Below, in pieces: positions 24,302 to 37,800 of a stretch of 64,000 nt of DNA. Positions within the stretch are counted from its first letter, which is position 1. Each line of letters begins with the position of its first letter. Both the position numbers and the translations under genes were made by a program. Source of the DNA: Okamejei kenojei (Eukaryota). The stretch spans positions 51,212,001-51,276,000 of the forward strand of contig CM069132.1 in the NCBI GenBank assembly GCA_035221665.1, written 5' to 3'. Below the pieces are notes generated by a model. It was not told where the DNA came from and did no database searches. It was given only the letters and a program-made list of their open reading frames with translations.

Positions 24302-26295
24302 AAATGCTAGTTACCCTTCCTTTATTCCAATTTCAGTTTTATCCATCCAATATTTAAAAATTGTGAGATGTTTGACTTCAACCAATGATCTGGCAGGTCA
24401 TTTTCCATGCATCAGTCTTAATGAAACAAAAAATGTGTTCAACATCTCGCTATACTTTTGCCAGGTTACAAACTTGCAGCTTCTTGTCACCAACATGCAG
24501 ATGTGTGTTTTTACAATACTAGGTACAAAAAAAATGTGACATCACATATAATACTGTTCACAAATAAATTTCAACATGATTCAGATTAATCAAAAACCCT
24601 CTCAGCGGCAGTACATGACAGGGAGCGATAATTCATGAAGTTTGAGAAAATTTGACTAATGAACAAAATTCCTAGTTTAACATGGGTTCCTATGCGTTTT
24701 TTTAACGCTTTGTTTGGTGTCCACCATAACAACTGTTACACGGAATTTAGAAAGTCATTTTTTCTAAAGCATGATAGCCGATTTCTTCACTTTCACTGTT
24801 TTTCAACATACAAATGTACTTTCTTGCTGTAAACATGGAGTATGTGACCAAATGAGCAATATTCCTGTTATCTACTGAAACGTGTGTTACACAATGTCCA
24901 AGGGAGAACATCAAAATGTTTGTTTCTTCCAGTATTCTTCAGCTCCTCTTTCTTCCAGTATTTATTTTTTTGTTTAATTTCTTTCTCATGTTTTGAATAA
25001 ACTTTATGGAGGCAATTACCATTCATAATGAGACACTGCAGGTACATAGTTTGTGGAAATATAGCCCCTGCAAAATGCTGGTGTTACGCGTGCATAGCAA
25101 CAAACTTGAAAATATTTGAATTTATAACAAAATTAATGCAGAAATTGCCGCTTTATTTCATTGTGTCAAAGCATGTCACATTTTTGGTGTCCTAAAATTT
25201 GATATATTTAAGATTTAAAATGGGTGAATCAATTCCCAACTTGATTTTATCTCTACTATCTCTTGCACATTTGAGTAACAATCCCTGGAAGAAATAACAC
25301 CATATTAATTGAAACAGTGGAGATATGACATTTTTAATGGTCTGTGCTAAAATCTCCCCAGTATTGCAAAAATACACAGATACTTCCGACTAAATGCTGT
25401 GCATCAAACATCCGGTTTTGAAAGTATTTCCTTTCACCTTTTCACATTTGTAACTGTCCCCTCATTTTGATACATTTTTCATTCATTCGATCCACACGCC
25501 CTTTAGAGCACCTGGAAATAATTCTGAATTAGGACTCAAAATTAGGCACAATATTCAAACTGCTGCACAGCTAACACACTTTGGTATTTTAAATGCCATT
25601 TACAAAAGACATTATCTTGCTTTTGTTTTTATACATTTTTTTATGTTCAAAGCTTATTTTCAAGAATCTATTTAGTTGAATTTTTAATCCTACAAGAATT
25701 ATTTAAAGCTTTACAAACCTGTCCTTTTATTTAAAGTGTATCAATTTATACTAGCTTTAAGTGACCTGATGATAGTTGTCCAATTCACTAACGTGCAAGG
25801 CATACTAAAGATTAAACACGAACGCAATGCACACAAAGCTAGTTAGTTTCTTCTTAAGCATAACATTTTGAATTCACTCAGATATACATGGAGATTAAAT
25901 CAGTATTAAAAAAAAAACTGAAAATAGCAGATGAAGAAACTTTATTTAGCACTTAGATGATCAGAATCTAAATTCCCCAAAAATTAAATATTTCAAGATA
26001 TATTCACGAATGGAAGGAAACCATGTTTCTACATTTTTAAATCAACAAAAAACCCGAGGGAGAAAGTCTTTAAAGAAACCCTTTGAAAACAAAATTAAGT
26101 AGATCCCCCAAATACATTCCCCCAAATATTATTTATATCAACAGAATTGCAGTAGCTGTTGGAACCAATTCGATACAGGTTGTTTGCCTTGGAAATTGAA
26201 CAAATTTAGAACTACATTTAAAGTGTCATTTTGTTTTAGGATTTGGTGCCTTTTATTTCTAGTCGGCATTCTGATATTTAAAAAGCAACTTGGTA

Positions 26296-27792
26296 CAGTG
26301 CCCTCCATAATGTTTGGGACAAAGACCCATTTATTGGCCTAAGTACTCCATAATTTGAGATTTATAATAGAAAAAAAAATTACATGTGGTTAAAGTGCAC
26401 ATTGTCAGATTTTAATACTGGCCATTTTTATGCATTTTGGTTTCACCATTAGAAATTACAGCAATGCTTATACAGAGTCCCATTTCTGGGCACCATAATG
26501 TTTGGGACACATGGTTTCACAGGTGTTTGTAATTGCTCAGGTGTGTTTAATTGCCTCCTTAATGCAAGTTTCCATCACCTTTGCAAACTTTTATTGCTGT
26601 TTATCAACATGAGGTCCAAAGTTGTGCCAATGAAAGTCAAAGAAGCCATTATGAGACTGAGAAACATGAATAAAACTGTCATCAGCCAAGCCTTAGACTT
26701 ACCAAAATCAACTGTTTGGAACATCATTACGAAGAAAGAGAGCGCTGGTGAGCTTACTAATCGCAAAGGCAGTGGCAGGCCAAGGAAGACCTCCACAGCG
26801 GATGACAGAAGAATTCTCCCTCAAAGAAAAATCCCCAAACACCTGTCCGACAGATCAGAAACACTCTTTGGGAGTCAGGTGTGGATTTGTCAATGACCAC
26901 TGTCACTGCCGCAAAAATAGGATGGTCAGGTTATAGTTTGCCAAGAAGTGCGTAAAAGAGCAACCATAGTTCTGGAAAAAGCTCTTGTGGACAGATGAGG
27001 TGAAGATTAACTTATATCAGAGTGATTACAAGAGCAAAGTATGGAGGAGAGAAGGAACTGCCCAAGATCCAAAGCATACCACCTCATCTGTGAAACACGG
27101 TGGTGGGGGTGTTATGGCTGCTGAAGGAACTGGCTCGCTTATCTTAATTAATGGTACAGCTGCTGATGTTAGTTGCATAATGAATTCTGGTGTGTAGACA
27201 CATCCTATCTGCTCAAGTTCCATCAAATGCTCCAAAACTCATTGGCCAGCAGTTCATTCTATAGCACGACAATGATCCCAAACATACTGCTAAAGCAACA
27301 AAGGAGCTTGTCAAAGTGAAAAAATGGTAAATTCTCATGACCAATCACCCAATTTGAACCCAATTGACTATGTTGAAGAGAAAATTGAAGGGGACTAGCC
27401 CCCAAACCAAGCATAAGCTAAAGATTGCTGCAATACAGGCTGAGCAGAGCATCATCAGAGAAAAAACCCAGCAACTGGTGATGTCCATGAATCACAGGCT
27501 TCAAGCAGTCATTGCATGCAAAGGATATGCAACAAATATTAAACATGACTACTTTCATTTACACGACATTGCTGTGTCCCAAAAATTATGGTGCCCTGAA
27601 ATGGGGGGGACTATGTATAAACACAACTGTAATTTCTACATGGTGAAACAAATGTATAAAAATGGCCTTTAAAATCTGACAATGTGCACTTTAACCACAT
27701 GTATTTTTTTCTATTACAAATCTCAAATTGTGTCGTACCGAAGCAAAAAAATAAATGATAGGTCTTTGTCCCAAACATTATGGAGGGCACTG
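26296..27792 (+). mobile_element. Complete but decayed Tc1 element of IR/DR type
   Basis: TA-flanked TIRs of about 215 bp (CAGTGCCCTCCATAATGTTTGGGAC) with inner direct repeats. Transposase from ATG 26609 with GRPRKT, WTDEVK, VKHGGG and HDNDPKH motifs; multiple stops and frameshifts. Confidence 0.95.
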
Positions 27793-29859
27793 TAGATGCA
27801 GTAAATAACTCTATTCATCCAAGTGCTTGGGAAAGCCTTAAGTTCATCATGTGACTGGGATCTCTCTTTAATTTTAGCTACAGCTGTTTAGATAGTATCA
27901 CAATGGGTCTTAGTCCAACTAGTTTAGCAAGAAAGGAAAGAAATCAAAGTCCCCAATACCAGTAGGTGACCTTTTAAAGTACATAATTGGGCAAAAACAA
28001 GCATGCTCTCCACTTCTTTATTTATCAGCTTTTACATATGGGCAAAGTAAATCCTGCTGCCAGCACTATCATACCCAATAATAAAACATTCAAGCAAATC
28101 ACCAGTTTCTGCACACAAATGTTAACAAAATTAAAGATTAGGATGTATTCATTTGAGTAAGTTAAGGATCGGCGAATGAGAATATAGTAATCCAATTAAC
28201 AATTTTCAGCAGAAAGACTAGTATCAATGAAAATGACAAATTGATAAATATTTGTTCCAAGTTTATTTTTTACCTGTCAATCTGTTTAAAAAACTGGCAA
28301 GAAATGTAGTAACTCAAATTCTTTATATTATGCAATATTAAAATGATTTTTAAGCTGTTTGGATAAATCATACATTTGACTATGTGGAAGTTGTATGCTC
28401 AATTCTTGGCTTCCCCAAAACTTATATCTGCACAACTTCTTATCAAAGTAATAATTAATCATCCAGAAAACATTCATTAGCTTCATTGTATTTCATTTCA
28501 GCTGCTTGCTCTTTTTCGATCAATTGCAGCTGTTGCAATTAGAGTCACTTGCCCAGCAAATCAAGAATAGTTTACACATTTACTCAAAAACGGCTTTAAA
28601 TCTGCAATGGTAGCAGGGAGTTGGAGGAATACACAGGTGGTCATTGCAGAAAGAAAATAAATCGCTATTTGCATATAATTCAACACTTGGTCAAAGAGTC
28701 ATTTTCAGTGATATGTGATTAAAGACTAAAACATTTATTCTGACAAACTTGTCACAGTGTTTTTTTAAGATTCCCCATTTACAAAGCACAATACTTAAGA
28801 AATCTAATAAGAATTGTAAACACATTATTTCATTACTGCCATTTTGGGTTACTCAAGTGAATGATTAGCTAAAAAATGTAATCACACATTTCTAATTTTT
28901 ATTTGAACTCTGAGGAGGGTTCTCACTGCAAACAGAAGTTGCAATGAATAGAATGACTTCAAATAGTTACATGGCAGGAATTTAGTTAGTTCAGTACATT
29001 ATTTATTATTAAGCTATATTGCTACAAAGTGGCGATTATAATTCCACTCATATTGATAGAACATTTCTAACAAAACGTTAGTTTTGAAAACTGTAGGTGA
29101 TACATTTAAGTTAAAATTTGCAATTGATAATTTATTCAAATGTTTTTAGAATAACCAGTGAGAAACAAAAAAGTATTAAACTGGCTAACTTATGAATACT
29201 AAAAGAAATGCATCCACAAATTAAATTTACACTCACTTTTAATTGATCTGTGTGAGAGATGGTCTATCTCAGAAGAAGCCTCAAAAGCAGGACCCCCAGG
29301 GTGGTTATCTCCAGTTTCTCGTGCTGGTGAGGGCAGGAACAGGGAGATAGGGGATCTGAATGCGCGGCTGAGGAGCAGGTGCAGGTGGCAGATATTTAGA
29401 TTCTACGACCACTGGGATCTGTTTTGGGGCACGGGTGAATTGTACAAAAGGGATGGGTTGGACCTTAACAGACAGGGGACCAGCATTCTGGCAGGCAAGT
29501 TTGCCACTGCTACATGGGTGGGTTTAAACTAAATAGGCAGGGCCGGATTTACGTATAAGCTAGACAAGCTTAAGCTTAGGGCCTCGCCCCGCTCATCCAA
29601 GGCGTATAAAACTTTTGACATATTCGTATTTTCTGAACCTTGTCCTTTCAACAGTCTGGAGTGTTGGAGTCAGTGCGCGGCTGCAAGTTTAACAATGTCA
29701 GAACCAGCTCCAACTGTGCCCGACCTGCCTGCTTCAGGGGAGAAGAGATAAGGCTCCGCGCGAGGTAAAGGGTGGGTGGGAACGAGCAGACACCTGCTAC
29801 GATAGGCGGAATGGTCCTTTCTATAGTTAACCCTGCTCACAGTCTCTGATGGAGCTGGT

Positions 29860-30326
29860 TTCCCGCCCACCGGGACCTCCCGCTGACCCTCGCCATTCCA
29901 TCGCCGTCCAGCAGCCATCGCCTTACCTGCAGCCTGGACCTGAGGTTTCCACGCTGCAGACTCCAACTCCCCAGAGTTTGACTGGGCTGGGTCCTGGTGC
30001 TAGTCTCCTAAATCCTGGTAACCTCAGTGGCTGTTCTACTGGGTATTCCCCATTCCCCTCAAACCATGTGACCCCAGCTCTTCCCCACCCACACTACAGT
30101 CCTCATACCCCCTGACCACCCACCACCAGACATTGCCTCTGCCTCAGTCCACTCACCTGCCTACCTCTGGCCCCAACCCCCATCCCTGCCGTGTGTTCAC
30201 CATCCCCCCTGACCTCCCCCTCTCAGATACCGAACGGTCTGTCCGCAGCAGAGGCCTCACCCTTGTCCCCCTCCGTCCCCACCTCAATGAGTTCCGCGCC
30301 CGCCGCGATTTGGAGCTCTTCTTCCG
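29860..30326 (+). mobile_element. Penelope-like element ORF N-terminal fragment inside the hAT element
   Basis: C-rich segment encoding RVFTIPPDLPLSDTERSVRSRGLTLVPLRPHLNEFRARRDLELFFR, resembling the LSxGLxFxP motif that precedes PLE reverse transcriptases. The left boundary is approximate. Confidence 0.6.
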
Positions 30327-31551
30327 AGGGCAGTCTTATGACAATGCTGCAACAAGGGTATGCAGCAAAAAATCCTCGAAAAATCCAATTTTCAAGATTT
30401 AATCCATGCGCTGCTCACTCATTAAATTTGGTAGGCTGTTCAGCTGTTGACTGCTGCCTTGATGCAGTGAACTGTTTTGGAATTATCAATGAAATTTATA
30501 CCTTCTTTTCATTCTCCACAAAGAGATGGGCAGTTCTAAAATTATTTTTGCAACCTCAGTCAAAAGTGCCTAAATATTTGTCAGACACTAGGTGGAAGGC
30601 ACATGCAAAAGCCACAGAAGCTAGTTTGGAAAGTTACAGCGCTATCACTGATGCCCTCAGTCATTTGTACTCTGATGTTAATGTGAAGGGTGATACCAGG
30701 CTTCAAGCTAACAATCTTTTGCAGAAAATAGAACTGGAATGTGTGTTTATGCTGCATTTTTGGACCCGTCTGCTAGGTCATTTCCACAAGGTCAACAAAG
30801 CCATTCAGAAATCCAAACTGTTACTGAGTACTTGTGCAAGTTTGTACAGTTCATTTCAGGATTTTGTAAGCAAAATTAGAGAAGATTTTGATGAGCTTGA
30901 GCAACAAGCAAAGGCCACCTTGCCAGATGTTAAGAGTAAGGAAATGCCAAGGAAATGGAGGTGCACCTGGTCCTGATGCTTTAGATAAAATCTCTTCAAG
31001 AGACAAGTTTAGGATAAAATCCTTTATTCCTGTACTAGATGCACTTGAAACCAATTTTAAAGAAGAGGTACCATGTACACTGAAGTTGCACAACAGTTTT
31101 CCTTTCTTGCTAATCTGACCGCATCTAAGCAAGAAATTCAGCAAGGTGTTGAACTGTTGATGGAAGCATACCCAGAAGATGTTGACCTGAAACTTACTGA
31201 TTAATTTTTGCACTTTCACTCGTATGTGAGACAAAGTCATAGGCATACAGAAGAGCACTCTGTCTGATACAGATGGCCTTCCCTAATGTGGAATCAATCT
31301 AGCGGCTGTTTCTTAGCTTAATGGTCACCAACTGCTCAGGTGAGAGGTCTTTTACAAGACTCAAAAGAATTTAAAATGAATTAAGGTCCACAATGTCTCA
31401 AGAGAGGTTGTCTGCACTGAGCATTCTGTGCATTGAGAGTGACAAACTTAGACAAACAGATCTTGGTGAACTTCTGGATGATTTTGCTATGAAGGAGAGA
31501 AAAAAACATGTTTGCTCTTAGTGAATTTGTAGTTTCTTTATATTCCACATT

Positions 31552-31890
31552 CAATTCAAGAGACACTTATTGTCACATGCACCAATTGGTACAATGAAAT
31601 TTGGGGGTCACCATCCAACATCGGGAAGGAAGAACATTCTCAGCGGCTTGGACTTCCGAATCGGCCACTTCCTACCAGAGACCACAGCTCCCGAAGTCCA
31701 CAGGCTGAGCTGGATGGAGATTCGCGCTGGCGGCCCTTGGCAAAGGGATCCCAGGGCTCCACAATGTTGAAATCAGCGTGGCCCGAGGCTGGGAGCTCCG
31801 CAAACCACAGCTCTGATGTTGAAGCAGCAGGCCCAACACTCCAGAGCTTCAAACGGCGATCCAGGTAAGGCATCGCCCGCTCCGCAGTGA
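31552..31890 (-). mobile_element. LINE 3'-end fragment nested in the hAT element
   Basis: TTATTGTCACATGCACC..GGTACAATGAAATT tail motif, like other LINE tails in the window, followed by a GC-rich UTR-like segment. Confidence 0.45.
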
Positions 31891-34800
31891 ATCCAATATG
31901 TATTTTAAAACCAACTGTGTAATGACAACATACAGTAGAATCTAAAAGTGTCACACTGTCACTGTCGGGTAGTCATGGTCCTCTAGTCATGGGGGTGGGG
32001 GTTTTGGAGGGGGGGGGGGGCCTCACATGTGAAATAGCTCTTCATCTAAATCCGGACCTGGGGGGAGGAGACAAATTGGAAATAAAGGGAAAGAGTATAG
32101 GAAAGACACCAAGAATTAACGGGGCAGAAAGCTCACTAGGTGAAATAGGAATTGATGTGAAAAGTGAGGTGAGTAATGAATTAAAAATATTATACATGAG
32201 TGCACAAAGTATAAGAAGTAAAGTGGATGAGCTTGAGGCTCAGTTAGAGATTGGTAGATATGACATTGTAGGGATTACAGAGACATAGCTGCAGGAGGAT
32301 CGGGGCTGGGAACTGAATATGCAGAGTTACACGTCCTAAGGACAGGCAGGTGGGCAGAGGAGGTAACTCTGTTGGTGAGGGATGAAATTCGATCCATTGG
32401 GTGGGGTGACATTGGTACTGATGATGTAGAGTTGCTGTGGATAGAATTGAGGAATTGTAAAGGTAAGAAGAAACTAATGAGAGTTATCTACAGGCCCTCA
32501 AACAATAGCCTAGATATAGGGTGCAAGTTGTAGCAGGAGTTAAAACTGGCATGTAACAAAGGTAATGCCACTGTGGTTATGGGAGATTTCAAATATGCAG
32601 GTAGACTGGGAAAATCAGGTTGAGTCTGGACCCCAAGAAAGGGAGTTTGCAGAATGCCTCCGAGGTCGATTTTAAGAGCAGCTTGTACTGGAGCCAGAGA
32701 GAAGGCAATTCTGGATTTAGTGTTGTCTAATGAACCAGATTTAATAAGGGAACTCAAGGTAAAGGAACCACTAGAAAGGTAGTGACCATATATGATGTAT
32801 TAATCTGCAATTTGAGAGGGAGAAGGTTAAATTTGAAGTGTCAGTGTTGCAGTCTTTCCAAGGGGACTATGAAGGCACGAGAGAGGAGCTGGCCAAGGTC
32901 GACTGGAAAAGGATCCTAGCATGAATAACAGTGGAACAGCAATGGCAGGAATTTCTGGGCATAATTCAGAAGATGCAGGATCATTTCATTTCAAAGAGGA
33001 AGAAAGATTTTATGGGGAGGAAGAGGCAACCGTGGCTGACAAGGGAAGTTAGGGTTGGAATAAAACTAAAAAAGGTGTATGACATAGCAAAGAGTAGTGG
33101 GAAGCCAGAGGATTGGAAAACTTTCAAAGGACAACAGAAGGTAACAAAAAGGGCAATACGGGGTGAAAAGATGAAGTACAAAAAGGGCAATACGGGGTGA
33201 AAAGATGGTAAGCTGGCCAAAAATATATAGAAGGATAGTAAAAGCTTCTTTAGGTATGTTAAGAGAAAAAGATTAGCAAAGACAAACGTGGGTCCCTTGA
33301 AGGCAGAAACAGGTGAAATTATTATGGGGAACATGGAAATGGATGAAGAGTTAAACAGGTACATTGGTTCTGTCTTCACTAAGGAAGACACAAACAACGT
33401 CCCAGATGTACGAGAGGACAGAGGATCTGGAGAGACAGATGAACTGAAAGAAATTTGCATTAGGCGAGAACTAGTATTGGGTGAACCGATGGGACTGAAG
33501 GCTGATAAATCCCCAGGGCCTGATGGTCTGCATCCCAGGGTACTCAAGGAGGTGGCTCTAGAAAATGTGGATGCATTGGTGATCATTTTCCAATGTTCTA
33601 TACATTCAGGGTCAGTTCCTGTGGATTGGAGGGTAGCTAATGTTATCCCACTTTAAGACAGAGCGAGAGAGAAAACAGGGAATTAAAGACCAGTTAGCCT
33701 GACATAGGTGGTGGTGGGGAAGATGCTGGAGTCAATTATTAAAGAGGTAATAACTGCTCATTTGGATCGCATTAAAAGGATTGGTCCAAGTCAGCATGGA
33801 TTTATGAAGGGGAAATCCTGCTCGACAAATCTTCTGGAATTTTTTGAGAATGTGACAAGTAAAATGGATGAAGGCGAGCCAGTGGATGTAATGCATCTGG
33901 TATTTCTGGAAGCCATTGATAAGGTCCCACACAGGAGATTAGTGAGCAAAATTAGAGCACCTGGTATTGGGGTAGGCCATTGACATGGATAGAGAATTGG
34001 TTGGCAGACAAGAAACAGAGTAGGAAGAACCAGGACCCTGTCAATGGAAGGTAGTGGTAGTGGAGTGTTGCAAGGCTCGATGCTGGGGCTGTAACTATTT
34101 ACAATATATATTAATGATTTAGATGATGGGATTAAAAGTAACACTAGTAAATTTGCAGATGACACAAAGCTGGGTAGCAGTGTTAACTGCATTGAGGATG
34201 CTAGGATGTTGCAGGGTGATTTGGACACATTGAGTGAGTGGGCAGATGCAGTATAATGTAGATAAATGTGAGGTTATCCATTTCAGCAGCAAGAAAACGG
34301 GTGGCAGATTATTTTCTCAATGGTGTCAGATTAGGAAAAAGGGACATGCAACGTGACCTGGGGGTCCTTGTACACCAGTCACTGAAAGTAAACATGCAGG
34401 TATAGCAGGCAGTGAAAAAAAGCTAATGGCATGTTGGCTTGCATAAGAGGATTTGAGTATAGGAGTAGGTCCTTTTGCAGTTGTACAGGGCCCTGATGAG
34501 ACCACATCTGGAGTATTGTGTGCAGTTTTGGTCTCCTAATTTGAGGAATGACGTCCTTGCTATTGAGGCAGTGCAGCGTAGGTTCACGAGGTTAATCCCC
34601 AGGATGGCGGGGCTGTCATATGAGGAACGATTAGAAAGACTGGGCTTGAATTCATTGGAATGTTGAAGGATGAGAGGATATCTTATAGAAATGTATACAA
34701 TTATAAAAGGATTGAAAAATGTTCCCAATGTTGGGGGAGTCCAGAACCAGGGACCACAGTCTAAGATTAATGGGGAGGCCATTTAAAACCGAGATGAGAA

Positions 34801-37800
34801 TAAACATTTTCACCCAGAGAGCTGTGAATTTGTGGAATTCTCTGCAGCATAAGCCAGTAGAGGCCAATTCACTGGATGAATTTAAAAGAGTTAGCTAGAC
34901 CTCTAAGGGCTAGGGGAATCAAGGTATATGGGGAGAAGGCAGGCATGGGTTACTGATTGTGGATGATCAGTCATGATCACAATGAAGTGCCAAATGGCCT
35001 CCTCCTGCACCTATTTTCTATGTTTCTCTTTAGTGTTACTTTCCACTGTTTGAGTCAACCAATTCAAGACAATGTTTTTTTTGAAGGAATAGTATGGAAT
35101 TATGCTGTGAAATTAATTTATGACTTTTGATTTTAATCAATGAAAGCTAGAAATTGAAATGCTGAAAAAAAATACACATCGACTTTACATATTTCCTTTA
35201 ATAGGTTAATGAAATTACACTCAATTCTGTATTTTGTGGAAACAAGTGATTGCCGTAATTTAATTCACAAATTATCAATATATGAACGAAATTTTCAAAG
35301 ACAAATGTAACAAGTCATATCAAAATTGCTCTACATTTACAATTCTATTTTTCAATGTCGAGGTCACTGCAACCAAGATCCTGCTCTGATTTATGGAATT
35401 TAAGGTAAGACTTCTCACTAACTTTAGAAATACCAACCCAATTATCACATTTCAAGTTAACTAATCGAGAAAATAAGTATGGCTTCGTGAGTTGGAAGGG
35501 TTGAGGGGAGAAACAGTTAAACTTTCAAAAAGTTGAGAATTCTCTGAATTGAGACAGCAGCAAAATAAATGCAAGCATAATTAAACAGTTTGACAAGGGT
35601 TCTAGCAACAATATCATGGTCACTTGTGAGACTTCTGCCATGTACTATTAGATTCCATTAAAATATCACAAACGGGTATTTCTTAAGTAATGCGCGCATA
35701 GGCGATATATCTGATAGAGCATTGGATCTAGTCGTTAGTTCATACTGAATTAAATGTCCAATATACCACTTCATACCAATCACATCCAAATCAGATTTTG
35801 ATTGAAGTTTAATACCATTCGATTTATTATATACAGGGATTCAAAGTTCAAGCTACATGAGGCAATTGGTCCATTCAACAATTCCCACACATTACTCCTC
35901 ATTTAAGTTCTACTACTTTATAGCCATTTTGAAAAAATGGCACAACAGAGATGAATATGGCCAAGTAAATAACCAGTAATTAGGCTTTTCAAATGGATTT
36001 AATTGTAATTTACCTTAATTTCAGAAGGCAATCATTGATAGTTTTAGTTTCCAAATCAGAAAGTGAAAACAGCCTGCATGCCATCCAACTAATCCATTAA
36101 AATTGAGCCCAATTTTTTGTGCTGCTTCCCAGGCATTTACAAAAGGTAGCTGCTCACAATTCAGTGGTGCTTGTATGTCCCCAATTAAAAAGCTGCATGT
36201 CTATGTGTAACTAAATTATTAATGAAACAATTTTCTCAAACTTTCCAAAAAAGTGTAATTGCAGCCATTACTCATTCCTACAATGCCACCAACACTACAG
36301 CAGATACTTTCAAGTTGAATTTAAAAAATATATCATTTACATCTGCTGTCTGGCAGATCTTAGTTGATCTAAGACACATTTGAACACACAAATTTGAAAT
36401 TTATTTACACACTTAAAACTTACACATGAAGCAGGTTTTGCAGATATATCTTTTTAAAACCAAATATGGACAAGAGTGAAGTTAATGGTGAGAAATTTGA
36501 GTGAATTAGCCAGACTGAAAATTAAAGCCTATCACCAGTCTTAAAATATAAATATGTCAGAAGATCGGTTATACAATTTAAGTCACTATACAGAACAAGG
36601 TTGTCAGATCATACTAGTCATTCTTTTTGTATTTAGCAAATTCCTGCTGGAAATAAATACCAGACCCAAGTCTTCAAACGTGTGTTTTTCCTACATATGT
36701 CTATAAAGCCATTGACACGTTCATAGAAATCTGATGACATGCAGAAAACTATTCCTATGATTTTAACCGTAATACTTTCAAAAACCCAACAGCTGTAGGA
36801 AGCCACAACACCCATCCAATGCAATCTTACTCATCAAAAGTAGTCAGGCTGCCCCATGTGCAATGGCTGCCCCTTTACTGACTGCAGCCAGAGGTCAAGA
36901 AGGAAATAACTCCAGACAGAATAAAGAACATGCACTTCCCAGCCATTTCTCAATATCTTATAGGCACAGCAAATCAATTTGGGCCTCAACCTCACTCAAG
37001 ATGCACATGAAAGGAAGTGCTTTTTATAGTTGTAAAGAGCACTATAATTTTCTTCAAAAGAAAAAGATGGTGTTATTTAAACAGAAATACTTGCTTACTT
37101 ACAGTTGTATGAAGTACGAGTCAAAATTCTAACCCCAGGTAGAAAATGTCAGATCATCACCCACCCCTCCCCCCACCAAACTGCCCAGTCCACAACAAAT
37201 AACAGCAGGTCGTTTGCATAATCAGATTGAAAGCATGTACAGTGTCCATCGTACACCAGCTGCTGTGATATCACAGCAAGACTACAGAACGCCACAACAA
37301 ACATTAATGCAAGGGAGAGTTCAAACACAAGTATGAATAGAATCTTAGTCACAGTTGGGAATTCATTAAAACGTAAATTATTATATTCATACTATTTTCT
37401 TCAATTCATTCCCAGTAACAGCTGGTCCTAAGAAATGGGGAAAGAAAAGCCACATAGCTGACACGTAGATTTGTTGAGCAGTTTGAGAATTAAAGGCAAA
37501 TATTCAAACATATCAGGCCAAAGTCATCTGACCCATCCCCCATTGCAAATCCCCACCCTTCTACCAAGCAAGTTTTAGCCATTCCCCCTCCAATTGCAGT
37601 GTGCAGCCTTGCATCCTTTTAACGCTTCACTAAGTGCTCTATGGCACCATATTCCCAACCTGCCTTTCACAGCAGGTACAAAGGTCGCTTTTGCAATGGT
37701 GGGCGTACCCACATCAACTCTGAACGTTCCAACGCGAGCTGGAATGCAGTGACTGCTGGGCCCAAGAATTTCACTTTGAATAACAAATCAAACACACTTT

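Larger units (their letters stand above)
29538..32060 (+). mobile_element. hAT DNA transposon (ZMYM1/DUF4371-like transposase remnant)
   Basis: TIRs CAGGGCCGGATTTA (29538-29551) and TAAATCCGGACCTG (32047-32060). Transposase at 30327-31500 with GQSYDNA, CAAHSLNL, LSDTRW and the hATC motif NCSGERSF.RLK...RSTMSQERL. No intact 8-bp TSD. Confidence 0.88.
29270..35027 (+). mobile_element. CR1 LINE (ORF1 esterase C-terminus, ORF2), interrupted by a hAT element
   Basis: DHWDLFWG..ELYKRDGL.LN at 29400-29537. ORF2 from about 32170 with SIRSKVDEL, VGITET, KSPGPDGLHPRVL, QHGFMKGKSC and KFADDTK. 3' tail TTTCTATGTTTCT. Confidence 0.9.

Noticed and set aside
30191-30976. 261-aa ORF as a host ZMYM1-like gene
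   Set aside because: It lies between hAT TIRs, changes frame relative to the GQSYDNA motif and is followed by stops. It is a decayed transposase.
29530-32068. 8-bp TSD for the hAT element
   Set aside because: The flanks TAAATAGG and GGGGGAGG do not match.
33147-33207. Local direct duplication AAAAGGGCAATACGGGGTGAAAAGATG
   Set aside because: A small slippage duplication in a dead CR1 with no sign of function.
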